60,644 nucleotides of DNA from Halobacteriota archaeon (lineage in GTDB: Archaea > Halobacteriota > Syntropharchaeia > Alkanophagales > Methanospirareceae): contig JBAQFZ010000142.1 in NCBI GenBank assembly GCA_049287525.1, positions 1 to 60,644 of the forward strand. The letters are read 5' to 3'. Numbering within the stretch: the stretch's first letter is position 1; each line of letters opens with the position of its first letter. Of this stretch, positions 16,832 through 26,324 are shown in pieces. The translations under genes were made by a program, and so were the position numbers. Below the pieces are notes generated by a model that made no database searches, was not told the DNA's origin, and worked only from the letters and a program-made list of their open reading frames with translations.

Positions 16832-16931
16832 TTTTACCTCTTTTTATTTTTTCTTTGGTACTTTTAAAAGAAAGGTTTTTTACCTCTTTTACTTTTTTCT
16901 TTGGTAAAGCTTTCTTTTTTAAAGAAAGGTT
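16832..16931. repeat. Tandem direct repeat, 2 units of about 46 and 54 bp, each ending in an A/T hairpin
   Basis: TTTTACCTCTTTTTATTTTTTCTTTGGTACTTTTAAAAGAAAGGTT is followed by TTTTACCTCTTTTACTTTTTTCTTTGGTAAAGCTTTCTTTTTTAAAGAAAGGTT. Confidence 0.7.
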
Positions 16932-18439
16932 TATAATAATCCTATCACAGAGTGAAGAAGTTCCATGAGTGGTTCAGGATACAGACCTATGATGAAAGAT
17001 ATAACTGCCAGGAAGAGAAGAGGAACGGTCATCGTTAATGGAGGGTCCCTGATCCTGGTATCATTTGCTAAAGCCGGCTTCAAGGGACCAAAGAAGATCC
17101 GCTTCGCAGCCCAGAATGCGTAGACACCCGTTAATATAGTTGAGAGGATTCCCAGACTTGCAATTACCAGTCCGACGTAAGTTGGATTTGAACCGAAAAT
17201 GCCGGTAAACAGTATCCATTTTCCCGTAAACCCACTTGTGAGAGGAACACCGGTGAGTATTGCTGCGGCTGCGATCCAGAGCGTAGCGGCTATTGGCATC
17301 TTACGTATAAGTCCGCCCATCTCTCTCATATCCCTGATTCCCGTTACGTAAACTACTATACCAGCAGTTGAGAAGAGAATGCCTTTACCCAGGATGTGAC
17401 TCAGGAAGTAAAACATGCCACCTTCAATACTCCAGATGGTGAGTGCTCCCAGCCCAAGAACAGAGTATGAGATCTGACCGATAGTTGAGCACGCACAGAG
17501 TCGCTTCACGTCAGTTTGAGCCAGTGTGAGAAGAGCGCCATATACTATCGTTATCATTGCCATTATCATAATAGGTATGCTGAACACTTTGAGATCATTA
17601 TAGAGTGGTAAGATGAGAACCCTTACAATTACATAGGCTCCTATATTCGCATAAATCGCAAGCAATCCAGCTATGCATGTGGGATGTTCTGCGTGAACCC
17701 ATGGCATCCAAACATGAAGTGGAAATATTGCAAGCTTAGTAGATACACCGAGAAGGATAAGTAATGCAATCCAGAAAGTCATGGGATTCCCTGCAAGAGT
17801 ATGCAACTGCGAAATCTCGAAGGTTCCTATCTGAGAATAAACTAACACAGAGCCAAATAAGATGAAGGTCCCTCCAACAATTCCCCATAGGAAACACATC
17901 ATGGCGACTCGAAAGCGCTCTATATACCCAAAGAAACTCATTATGAAGTAAAGGGGAATAACCATTAATTCTATAAAGAGATATATTACTATGAGGTTTG
18001 TAGCAAAGCAAATACCGATGAAAGCTGCGGGAAAGAGGAGGTATAGCCAGAAATATGTGGTGTAATACGAAAGTTGTGTCTTTTCATCCTCTTCTCCGTA
18101 TATTATATCTATTCTGTGTTCCACATAGTGTATTGAGAAGAATGCAAGAGCAACGCATATCATATTTATTATCAACGAAACCGGAAGACTCAAACCATCA
18201 GCTAAGAGACCAAAGCTCACATTTGGTCCCCATACATATTCCTCGACAATTTTTGCCTTTTCTCCTATACCCTGATAAACGTTGATGCCCGCAATTAAGA
18301 GAAGAGCTGTCGTGTAGAGCAGGATTATACAGGGTATAAATCGCGCTTTTCTTCCTATTTTGCGCCTGGTTACAAGTATGAACATGGAGGCTATAACTGG
18401 CGCCACTACTATTTGGAGTAGAATATAAGGCATCATCAT
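16931..18439 (-). CDS. NuoM/MrpD-type antiporter subunit
   Basis: About 14 TM helices with Proton_antipo_M-type motifs (KLAIFPLHVWMPWVHAEHP, KRLCACSTIGQ). Overlaps the upstream gene by 4 nt. Confidence 0.85.
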   Translation of the reverse strand: MMMPYILLQIVVAPVIASMFILVTRRKIGRKARFIPCIILLYTTALLLIAGINVYQGIGEKAKIVEEYVWGPNVSFGLLADGLSLPVSLIINMICVALAFFSIHYVEHRIDIIYGEEDEKTQLSYYTTYFWLYLLFPAAFIGICFATNLIVIYLFIELMVIPLYFIMSFFGYIERFRVAMMCFLWGIVGGTFILFGSVLVYSQIGTFEISQLHTLAGNPMTFWIALLILLGVSTKLAIFPLHVWMPWVHAEHPTCIAGLLAIYANIGAYVIVRVLILPLYNDLKVFSIPIMIMAMITIVYGALLTLAQTDVKRLCACSTIGQISYSVLGLGALTIWSIEGGMFYFLSHILGKGILFSTAGIVVYVTGIRDMREMGGLIRKMPIAATLWIAAAAILTGVPLTSGFTGKWILFTGIFGSNPTYVGLVIASLGILSTILTGVYAFWAAKRIFFGPLKPALANDTRIRDPPLTMTVPLLFLAVISFIIGLYPEPLMELLHSVIGLL

Positions 18440-20256
18440 CGCATCACCACCATAAATAGTATATAGAGGAGAAGGAGTAGCATAGCAAGAAGTATGTATA
18501 TTATATTAAACGACAACTCTCTACTTTTACTTTTCCTTATTTTGTTATGAATCTGTTCGAAGTTGAGGAGAGTAGGAATTCCCACGTGAAACGCTTTATC
18601 CAGTGGATTCTCAGCATACTTAACTACGAGAGAGAGAAAACGATTAACGAAGAAACCCGCCATCTTCATTACATTCCGGTCAATGAAACTCGCGAACGTC
18701 ATTAACGGTTTTTCACAGAACCATATAACCCTCTTCCCCGGTATTCGATAGAACCAGTCAGTGTCAAGCGTAATTGTTGGTGTACCATGAAGCATTGCCC
18801 TTAAAAACCAAAACGCTACAAAGGTGAACAGAAGGAGCTGACTCATTCCTACCACATGCCCGAGTGCATAAGGTTCATAATTAACGGGATATGGGAGTAT
18901 GTCGTACAGTATTTTTGGATATACCCCGAGCAGGGTGCACAAAAATGCAGTGATACCCATTCCGACAAGCATATTCTTAGGCGGCTCCCGTGCCTCGCAT
19001 GCCGGCTCCTCTCTTGCAAACCAGACACCCCACGGAAGTTTTAGACCCGTGTGCAGGAAAGTTCCTATTGAGGCACCTTCCAGAAGCAGCCAGACAATCG
19101 GCTGATGCCACATCCCGGCGGAAAAGACAACCATTGTCTTACTCACGAATCCATTGAAAAGAGGAAAGCCTGAAATGGAAAATGCACCAATCATATAAAG
19201 CCAAAAAGTGATTGGCATGTATTTATAGATACCACCCAGTTCGGTCAGCTTGTTCCGTCCCGTCACCTCCAGCACGGCGCCCATACCCATGAAAAGGAGC
19301 GCTTTGTAAAGGATATGGCAGAAGGCATGGGCAGCCGCACCATTTATCGCCATTTCGCCAGCCGCAGTGCCAAAAACGCCCAGTCCCACACCACACACCA
19401 TATAGCCCACCTGGGAGATGATGTGGTATGCGAGAAGTCTCCTTATATCATTCTCAAGCACTGCATAAACCACTCCATACATCGCCATGATTGCTCCCAA
19501 CCACATCAGAAGCTCAACACCCGGAAAGCCTCTTATCAGCACGTATATCGCACTCTTCGTGGTAAACGCAGTTAAAAACACCGCTCCAGTAACCGTCGCT
19601 TCTGGATAGGCATCTGCCAGCCATGCACCTAGAGGTGGGACGGCAGCGTTTATGATAAATGCGAGAAAGATAAGATAAGAACCCAGATATTCACTCCCCA
19701 ACCCCCATTCAAAACTTTCAAAAGCAATAGAACCCGTAGCTTGCAGATGTAACACGATCCCGCCTAATAGACAGATACCGCCAAACATGTGCACCATAAT
19801 AAACCGGAATCCCGCACCGTATGCCGCCTTCGTCTTACGATACCAGATTAAGAGCATGGATGACCATGCCATCACTTCCCAGAAGAAGAATAAAGTAAAG
19901 AGGTCGCCTGCAAAGACCACGCCCAGCGTGCTTCCAACGTAGATGAAAGCGGCTAAATGCTGCCCCGTCTCTTTTACATGGAGTGCATAAATCGTCATGC
20001 AGAAGGAGGCAATCACGAATACATATGCGAAGACCATGCTCAGCCTGTCCACTCTCCCGAGAGTAAGGCCGTATCCCATGAAGGAAAACTGCCAGAAAGG
20101 ACCACTTCCGAATACGCCCTTTGATATGAGCATGAGCTCCGTGAACGCTACTGCGGGCAGCAGAAGCAAATACACCTGTCTCCATTTGCCCTTTAACAGT
20201 GGTATCAAAAGAGCACCTAAGAGAAATATAAGTCCTGGATGCAACCACGCAATCAC
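18436..20256 (-). CDS. NuoL/MrpA-like long antiporter subunit (606 aa) with a C-terminal amphipathic extension and terminal TM anchor
   Basis: Antiporter core (AAVPPLGAWLADAYPEA, RRLLAYHIISQVGY). It is followed by a mostly non-TM segment of about 100 aa and a final TM helix (IIYILLAMLLLLLYILFMVV), as in the NuoL lateral helix. Confidence 0.8.
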   Translation of the reverse strand: MIAWLHPGLIFLLGALLIPLLKGKWRQVYLLLLPAVAFTELMLISKGVFGSGPFWQFSFMGYGLTLGRVDRLSMVFAYVFVIASFCMTIYALHVKETGQHLAAFIYVGSTLGVVFAGDLFTLFFFWEVMAWSSMLLIWYRKTKAAYGAGFRFIMVHMFGGICLLGGIVLHLQATGSIAFESFEWGLGSEYLGSYLIFLAFIINAAVPPLGAWLADAYPEATVTGAVFLTAFTTKSAIYVLIRGFPGVELLMWLGAIMAMYGVVYAVLENDIRRLLAYHIISQVGYMVCGVGLGVFGTAAGEMAINGAAAHAFCHILYKALLFMGMGAVLEVTGRNKLTELGGIYKYMPITFWLYMIGAFSISGFPLFNGFVSKTMVVFSAGMWHQPIVWLLLEGASIGTFLHTGLKLPWGVWFAREEPACEAREPPKNMLVGMGITAFLCTLLGVYPKILYDILPYPVNYEPYALGHVVGMSQLLLFTFVAFWFLRAMLHGTPTITLDTDWFYRIPGKRVIWFCEKPLMTFASFIDRNVMKMAGFFVNRFLSLVVKYAENPLDKAFHVGIPTLLNFEQIHNKIRKSKSRELSFNIIYILLAMLLLLLYILFMVVMR

Positions 20257-20262
20257 TACCGA

Positions 20263-20499
20263 TCACCTCTTCTCATAATAATCCTCCTCCTTCTGAAGCC
20301 AATGATGTCCAAGTGCTTTCGACGCAACGATGATGACTACACACCCGACAAACCCATAGAGAGCGCTGAAAACTGGTAATTCCTCCCACACGAAATGGGG
20401 ATGAACAAGGTGGAAATGATGAACGATAAAGCCTGCTAAGACACCAGCCGTAAGACATACATAAAGCATCAAGAACAAATGCCTCATTGTTATTTTCAT
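20263..20499 (-). CDS. Small His-rich 2-TM membrane protein embedded in the antiporter operon
   Basis: 78 aa, sequence HHFHLVHPHFVWEE between two hydrophobic helices. Tightly packed between antiporter genes. Confidence 0.5.
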   Translation of the reverse strand: MKITMRHLFLMLYVCLTAGVLAGFIVHHFHLVHPHFVWEELPVFSALYGFVGCVVIIVASKALGHHWLQKEEDYYEKR

Positions 20500-20502
20500 T
20501 TT

Positions 20503-22062
20503 TTAGACACCACCACCTACTAAACCTGCAACCGCGATTTTGGCAAGCTCCAATATATAAAATGTGTTCGGGAACAAACAGAATATGATGGAGATAATTG
20601 CCGTTAAGGTCAGGGGGACGAGCATGAAAAGCGGTGCTTCTTTTATCTCTGCCTTTTCACTCTTACTCCCGCTATCAGTCAACTCTTTGGGTTTACCAAA
20701 GAACGCAGTAAAGATGATGGGGAAGAAATAAACGATGTCGAGCAGGGAACTTATCAAGAGGACAGCTAAAAAAACCAGCTCTCCCGCTTCAACTGTGCCC
20801 AGGCAAAGATACCACTTACTTATAAATCCTGAAACTGGAGGGATACCGCTCATTCCAAGCGCGCCTACCGTAAATGCCAGCATCGTTACCGGCATTGTTC
20901 GTCCTATGCCCGCCATCTCGCTTATGTTCTTCTTTCCCGTAGCCACCAATATGGAGCCGGCGCAGAGAAAGAGGGTTATCTTCATGAACCCGTGAAAAGG
21001 TATGTGAATCATTGCCCCGGTTACACCCTTAGGGCCCAATAGCGCAACGCCAAAGATGATATAAGATAACTGGCTTATCGTAGAATATGCAAGCCTTCTC
21101 TTCAGGTTGTCCTGAGCAATGGCAAACAAAGAAGCGACGATCATCGTAAAAGACGCTAGAGCTGCGAGTATTAGCCCCAGTCCAAGTGCACCCATCAAAT
21201 CCACACCATAGATGTAACACACGATTCTAACTACTACGAATACCCCGGCTTTTACCACTGCTACGGCATGCAAAAGCGCACTCACCGGCGTTGGTGCCGC
21301 CATTGCCGTTGGCAGCCAACTGTGGAAAGGCATCCATGCCGCCTTCATGGAGCCCAACATGAATAACGCAAATAACAACATCAATGTCAAGCGTGATGCG
21401 GAATCAAGCGTTAATATACCTCCGTTCACAAAATCAGTCGTCCCAGTAAGGTAAAACGTTAACACGATTGCAACAAAGAAACACCAACCCGAAGTGAGCA
21501 AATAAGCTAAGTATTTACGACCCGCAAATCGTGCTTCCCGTGCCTTCTCAGATTCCTCTTCCTTGTGTCCCCATTCGGCTAACCCATCGTGAGCCACCAA
21601 CGGATACGTTGAGATCGTTAATGCCTCGTAGAAGAAGTACAGTGTGATCAGGTTCTTGGACATTGCTATGCCTACCGCACCGAAAATGGCCAGTGCGAAA
21701 CAGGCAAAGTATCGCGTTTGGGCGTGCTCGTGCAACGACCTCATATATCCGATGGAGTAGGAGGATACCAGAATCCAGAGGAAAGAAGAAGTAATCGCAA
21801 AAATAAGACCAAACGCATCTACTTTGAATATGAACTCAAGTCCAGTAAATATAGTGAAAAGGTGGCATTCGATTACATTTCCTGCTATAACCATCGGTGC
21901 CATAGAAAAGATAATCAAGAACTGTATTATGCTGGCGAACATCGTGCAGCTCTCCCTTATGTTCGGCCGCTTTCTAAATAGCAATATGAGAAAAGCGCAG
22001 ATAAAAGGAGATGAAATTGCTAACAACGGGCTTATGGATCCTACTACGTTCATCTCATCCAC
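20503..22062 (-). CDS. MrpD/NuoN-type antiporter subunit
   Basis: Multi-TM protein with motifs MKAAWMPFHSWLPTAMAAPTPVSALLHA and KRRLAYSTISQL. Overlaps the upstream gene by 8 nt. Confidence 0.85.
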   Translation of the reverse strand: MDEMNVVGSISPLLAISSPFICAFLILLFRKRPNIRESCTMFASIIQFLIIFSMAPMVIAGNVIECHLFTIFTGLEFIFKVDAFGLIFAITSSFLWILVSSYSIGYMRSLHEHAQTRYFACFALAIFGAVGIAMSKNLITLYFFYEALTISTYPLVAHDGLAEWGHKEEESEKAREARFAGRKYLAYLLTSGWCFFVAIVLTFYLTGTTDFVNGGILTLDSASRLTLMLLFALFMLGSMKAAWMPFHSWLPTAMAAPTPVSALLHAVAVVKAGVFVVVRIVCYIYGVDLMGALGLGLILAALASFTMIVASLFAIAQDNLKRRLAYSTISQLSYIIFGVALLGPKGVTGAMIHIPFHGFMKITLFLCAGSILVATGKKNISEMAGIGRTMPVTMLAFTVGALGMSGIPPVSGFISKWYLCLGTVEAGELVFLAVLLISSLLDIVYFFPIIFTAFFGKPKELTDSGSKSEKAEIKEAPLFMLVPLTLTAIISIIFCLFPNTFYILELAKIAVAGLVGGGV

Positions 22063-23593
22063 CTCCTAAAATTGCAAGTGCCGCTCTTATTGATAATCTA
22101 ATGAGAGGAATGGGGAAGAATAAACCGCCTATTACGCAGATGAGTGCAAAAACAACAACTGAGAATACCATTGAAGAGGGTGCCTCGTGTGTCCGAACCG
22201 CTCCACTCTCTATCATTAAAACCTTTGCTACTTTGATATAATACGTAGCAGCGTATATAACATTAAATAAGAGAAGGATAAAAGTCGCAATTATCACAAA
22301 TCCTCCAACAGACTGAATTGCCATTGCCACGGACATTATTATCAGGATTTTACTCCAAAAACCAAGTAAAGGCGGCAAGCCTAATAAAGAAAGCAAGCCT
22401 ACCGACATTGAATAACCTGTTAAAGGCATGTCCCGTCCAATGCCGCCCATTTTCGCAAGCTCCTTTGTATGGATACGATAATGAATGTTACCAGAACCAA
22501 GGAATGCCAGCGCTTTACCCATACCATGACTAAAGATATGTAGTAATGCGCCAGCCATAGCTAAAGAAGCCTCTTCTGGAATTGCCTCTGATGGTTCCGC
22601 TACTTTCGATAGAATATAAGCGGCAACTCCTGCTCCTGTGGCTATAATACCCAGGTTGACAATGCTTGAGTAAGCAAGAAGTCTTTTCAAGTCCTTTTGG
22701 AAGTAAGCAAATAAGTTTCCCACTGTCATTGACAGAAGACCAAGGATGAGCAACACCAGTCCATAATTGTAGTATAAAGGGAATATTGTAAAAAGCAACC
22801 TAATTAACGCATAGAGTCCTACCATTATCACGATCCCACTCAGCATGGCTGAGATTGGGCTGGGCGCAGATGAGTGTGCATCCGGTAACCATGTATGAAA
22901 AGGGAAGAGAGCCATTTTTATGCTCAATCCAATGAGGATGAACACAAAAGCTGTTTGAACCATTCTATTACCATATAAGGGAGAGAGCAAAATCCTCAAG
23001 TCTCCCATATTCAGCGAGCCGGTTACTGAATAAAGGAATGCCACACCGAGAAGATAGAAGCAAATACCAATGGAGCCCATTATAAGGTAATTATAAGATG
23101 CTCGTAATGCCCTTCCACCCGCACTTGCTATTAATGCATATGCAGTCAGGGCTGCTACCTCGTAAAGAACATACATGTTGAAGACATCACCAGTTAGAAC
23201 AACACCGCAAAGCCCTGCAACCATTAGTTGTAAAAGTGTATAGAAGGTTACACGCTTCCTTTCTTCTATATCATGCTCTATACCCCTCTTTGAATGTATT
23301 CCAGCCATTAAACCTAAGAAAAGAACTATAACCAAAATGTAGGCATTCAGTTCATTTATAACATACTCAATACCCCAGGGCGGTCTCCATCCTCCTAACC
23401 AGTAACGGATTGTTCCCACGGTAAGGACGTGATACAAGATAAAAAATGACATAATTAGATGTGAGAAGATGGTTGCGAGAAAGATATAGAAGCATGATTT
23501 CCTCTTCACCAAGCCAGCGAGCAGAATAGTGTAGCTCGCAAACACACCTGTAGTAACAATAAGCACTGGGAACTGTTCAACTACACTTAGCAT
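22055..23593 (-). CDS. mrpD: MrpD-type antiporter subunit, paralog P2 (mosaic: P1/P3-like N-half, divergent C-half)
   Basis: The N-terminal 240 aa or so are near-identical to P1 and P3. After ...PDAHSSAPSPISAMLSGI the sequence diverges strongly. Confidence 0.85.
   Translation of the reverse strand: MLSVVEQFPVLIVTTGVFASYTILLAGLVKRKSCFYIFLATIFSHLIMSFFILYHVLTVGTIRYWLGGWRPPWGIEYVINELNAYILVIVLFLGLMAGIHSKRGIEHDIEERKRVTFYTLLQLMVAGLCGVVLTGDVFNMYVLYEVAALTAYALIASAGGRALRASYNYLIMGSIGICFYLLGVAFLYSVTGSLNMGDLRILLSPLYGNRMVQTAFVFILIGLSIKMALFPFHTWLPDAHSSAPSPISAMLSGIVIMVGLYALIRLLFTIFPLYYNYGLVLLILGLLSMTVGNLFAYFQKDLKRLLAYSSIVNLGIIATGAGVAAYILSKVAEPSEAIPEEASLAMAGALLHIFSHGMGKALAFLGSGNIHYRIHTKELAKMGGIGRDMPLTGYSMSVGLLSLLGLPPLLGFWSKILIIMSVAMAIQSVGGFVIIATFILLLFNVIYAATYYIKVAKVLMIESGAVRTHEAPSSMVFSVVVFALICVIGGLFFPIPLIRLSIRAALAILGGG
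22859..23593. repeat. Copy 2 of the mrpD 5'-half repeat
   Basis: See 12761-13496. Confidence 0.75.
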
Positions 23594-23703
23594 CCGCTTT
23601 ATTCATCTCCGCTCCTTTTCACGGGACATACGTGACACAAATATTTGGAATAAAGCATGAGAAATGCACTATATATAAAAACCTTTCGCTTTTTATCGCC
23701 CGT

Positions 23704-23760
23704 GTTAATTAAGCCCTTTCAGGGCTTGCGGGACGTGGGCAGAGCCCACGAGCGTTAATC
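23704..23760. other. Twin GC-rich hairpins flanked by GTTAAT direct repeats, in the 247-bp gap between mrpD P3 and P2
   Basis: AAGCCCT-ttc-AGGGCTT (23711-23727) and CGTGGGC-aga-GCCCACG (23734-23750), bracketed by GTTAATT and GTTAATC. A minus-strand TATA (TTTTTATATATAG) lies around 23680. Confidence 0.55.
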
Positions 23761-23840
23761 TGTGTCAATAATTTATGCTTTCACTTTATTTTATATCCTC
23801 TGATTTTAAATTATAGGTGGCTGCGGCATCAGTTCTACCG

Positions 23841-25421
23841 TTACGGGGGCAGCACCGCCTCCACTCCTAATTCGGCCATCACATTTTTAATTAAAGGTAA
23901 CGGCGTCTGTGTAAGCCATAAAATGCCTACCACCACACACAGAGATGCAAGGAGTAGCATTGGAAGCAGCATGCTAAGTGGTGCTTCCTTCTCCCGCTCT
24001 CCACCATTCTGCTCTTCCCGCTTTACAAAATACATACGCTCGATTACTCGCCAGAAATAAACGAGGTTAAGAAGACTGCTGAGCAGCAGCACTCCGACGA
24101 ATATGTACGCGGCACTTGAAAAAACTTCGGTAGCCTTTAGAGATGCGTAGATTAAAAACAGCTTTGATACAAATCCCGTGCTCGGGGGAACGCCTATCAT
24201 TGAAAGTGCAGCCAGAGTAAAAGCAGCACTTGCATACGGCATCTTCTTCCCTAACCCTTCAAAATCTCTGATGTCCCACAAGTTATACTTATAAATAAAA
24301 GCACCGGCAGCCAGGAATAGGCATCCCTTCATTATTGCATGATTTGCGAGGTGAGCAAGAGCGCCGAGGAGTCCCCATGAGATCACCACGCTTGATCCTG
24401 ACAGGAATATCTTTGAAATTGAAATTGGAGAAAGACCTATTCCCAGTACGAGATATCCTATCTGCGAGATGCTGGAATAGGCGAGCATCCGCTTTAAATT
24501 ATGCTGCATGATTGCGAGCACTGATCCCGCTATGATTCCAATCGCAGCGAGCCAGCAAATTGCAATCTCCACATACCTGTAACTACTGATGAAATCGAGC
24601 GTGAAGATAGAGTAAATAACCCGTATCAGTGCATATACTGAGACCTTGGACATCGCCGCGGCAATGATCACACTCACTGCGGATGGAGCATAGGTATATG
24701 CGTCAGGCTGCCAGATGTGCAGAGGGAAGAACGCACATTTTATACTCAATCCGATGAGAACGAAGATAAAAGCGGTTTGAACTACTCTATTACCATAGAG
24801 AGGGGGTAGCAAAATCCTTAAGTCACCCATATTCAGCGAGCCGGTTACTGAATAGAGGAACCCTATGCCAAGCAAGTAGAAGCAGATACCAATGGAACCC
24901 AACACCAGGTAATTATATGATGCCCGTAATGCTCTTCCACCTGCACTCGCGATTAATGCGTACGCAGTCAGAGATGCTACTTCAGTAAGAACATACATAT
25001 TGAACATATCACCAGTTACCACGACACCGCAGAGCCCAGCCACAAGTAGCTGGAAAAGTGTATAAAAGGCTACATGCTTTCTTCCCTCGAGCTCGTGCTC
25101 TACACTCCGCTTTGAATAGATCGCTGCTATTAAACTTAATAAAAGAACGATAATCAAAACGTAGGCATTCAATCCATCAACAACATATTCTATACCCCAG
25201 GGCGGTCGCCACCCCCCCAACCAGTAATGGATTGTTCCTATGGTAAGAACGTGGTGCAAGATGAAGAGGGACATAATGAAATGGGAGAAGATGGTTGCGA
25301 GAAAGATATAGAAGCATGATCTCCTGTTCAACAAGCCAGCAAGCAAAATAGTGTAACCAGCAAAGACTCCGGTTGTTACAATAAGCACGGGGAACTGCTC
25401 AACAATCGTTATCATAGCCAC
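23841..25421 (-). CDS. mrpD: MrpD-type antiporter subunit, paralog P3 (last gene of the mrpFGE..BCD operon)
   Basis: Similar to P1 along its whole length. Starts 3 nt after the mrpC-like stop. Confidence 0.85.
   Translation of the reverse strand: MAMITIVEQFPVLIVTTGVFAGYTILLAGLLNRRSCFYIFLATIFSHFIMSLFILHHVLTIGTIHYWLGGWRPPWGIEYVVDGLNAYVLIIVLLLSLIAAIYSKRSVEHELEGRKHVAFYTLFQLLVAGLCGVVVTGDMFNMYVLTEVASLTAYALIASAGGRALRASYNYLVLGSIGICFYLLGIGFLYSVTGSLNMGDLRILLPPLYGNRVVQTAFIFVLIGLSIKCAFFPLHIWQPDAYTYAPSAVSVIIAAAMSKVSVYALIRVIYSIFTLDFISSYRYVEIAICWLAAIGIIAGSVLAIMQHNLKRMLAYSSISQIGYLVLGIGLSPISISKIFLSGSSVVISWGLLGALAHLANHAIMKGCLFLAAGAFIYKYNLWDIRDFEGLGKKMPYASAAFTLAALSMIGVPPSTGFVSKLFLIYASLKATEVFSSAAYIFVGVLLLSSLLNLVYFWRVIERMYFVKREEQNGGEREKEAPLSMLLPMLLLASLCVVVGILWLTQTPLPLIKNVMAELGVEAVLPP
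24681..25412. repeat. Copy 3 of the mrpD 5'-half repeat
   Basis: See 12761-13496. Confidence 0.75.
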
Positions 25422-25423
25422 GT

Positions 25424-25843
25424 TTACCTCTGCTCGTAAAGTTCCAGCTCTTTCGCCATTATCTCATCTTCCTCTATCGTTCCGTATAGTTGATACATCC
25501 TCACGACGAGGGCAAGGGCGACACCGGTTGTTGCGGCACTCACTACGATCCCCGTGAGCATGAGCACATTCGGCAGAGGATTCGCATAGACATATCCTTC
25601 TTCTATTGCCGGTTCCCATAAAATCGGTGGCGTTGCTGTTCTCAGTCCCCAATTCGCTAAGTCCCCCACATCCCCCAGGGATATGTAGAACAGGAAAATA
25701 CCAGTTTGAAATATACTCAGTCCAATGAGTTTCTTTAATAAATTGCCCTTCGCGATCGTTGCGTAAAGACCAATAAGTATGACAAAGATGGCAGTCCAAA
25801 AATTATACTTTGCAAATACCTCCTGAACGAGCCATTCGATCAT
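25424..25843 (-). CDS. mrpC: MrpC/MnhC (NuoK-like) subunit
   Basis: Three TM helices with LIGLSIFQTGIFLFYISLG. The start is placed at MIEWLVQ; the longer ORF to 25909 overlaps mrpB. Confidence 0.8.
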   Translation of the reverse strand: MIEWLVQEVFAKYNFWTAIFVILIGLYATIAKGNLLKKLIGLSIFQTGIFLFYISLGDVGDLANWGLRTATPPILWEPAIEEGYVYANPLPNVLMLTGIVVSAATTGVALALVVRMYQLYGTIEEDEIMAKELELYEQR

Positions 25844-25844
25844 T

Positions 25845-26324
25845 CTATTCGTGCTCACCCCCCTCTTCTTCTTCCTCTTTCCACGCAAGGTCAAAGAACT
25901 GCGAGACAAACGCTGCCATCACGGTTATCCCTATCCCCACGGATACCATGAATGCTAACAAATAACCTCGCGTCGTTGCTATACCTACGAGCTTCGCCAG
26001 CGGCCAAACTGCGGAATAGTTCAGGAACTGCGCAGCACCGAGGCTGAAGATAACTGCCAGGAGACCCGCTCCATTATAGAGATACAATCCAAAGCTCGTA
26101 AAGACGGTATTCCAGGATTCTGGCATCAGCCCCCTGCCTTTATCAGTACCAAAGGCTGTGATATATAAAATAAAAGCACCTGCGAGTATACATCCCCCCT
26201 GGAATCCACCTCCCGTTCCCTCCGTTCCTACCATGACATACATGCCAAATACTAAAATCAAAGGAACCATCAGCTTCGCCGTCGTCTCTATGATGATATC
26301 CCGCTTGTATACTTTAGGATTCAC
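25845..26324 (-). CDS. mrpB: MrpB/MnhB-domain subunit
   Basis: IIETTAKLMVPLILVFGMYV...GGGFQGG is typical of the MnhB domain. Confidence 0.8.
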   Translation of the reverse strand: MNPKVYKRDIIIETTAKLMVPLILVFGMYVMVGTEGTGGGFQGGCILAGAFILYITAFGTDKGRGLMPESWNTVFTSFGLYLYNGAGLLAVIFSLGAAQFLNYSAVWPLAKLVGIATTRGYLLAFMVSVGIGITVMAAFVSQFFDLAWKEEEEEGGEHE

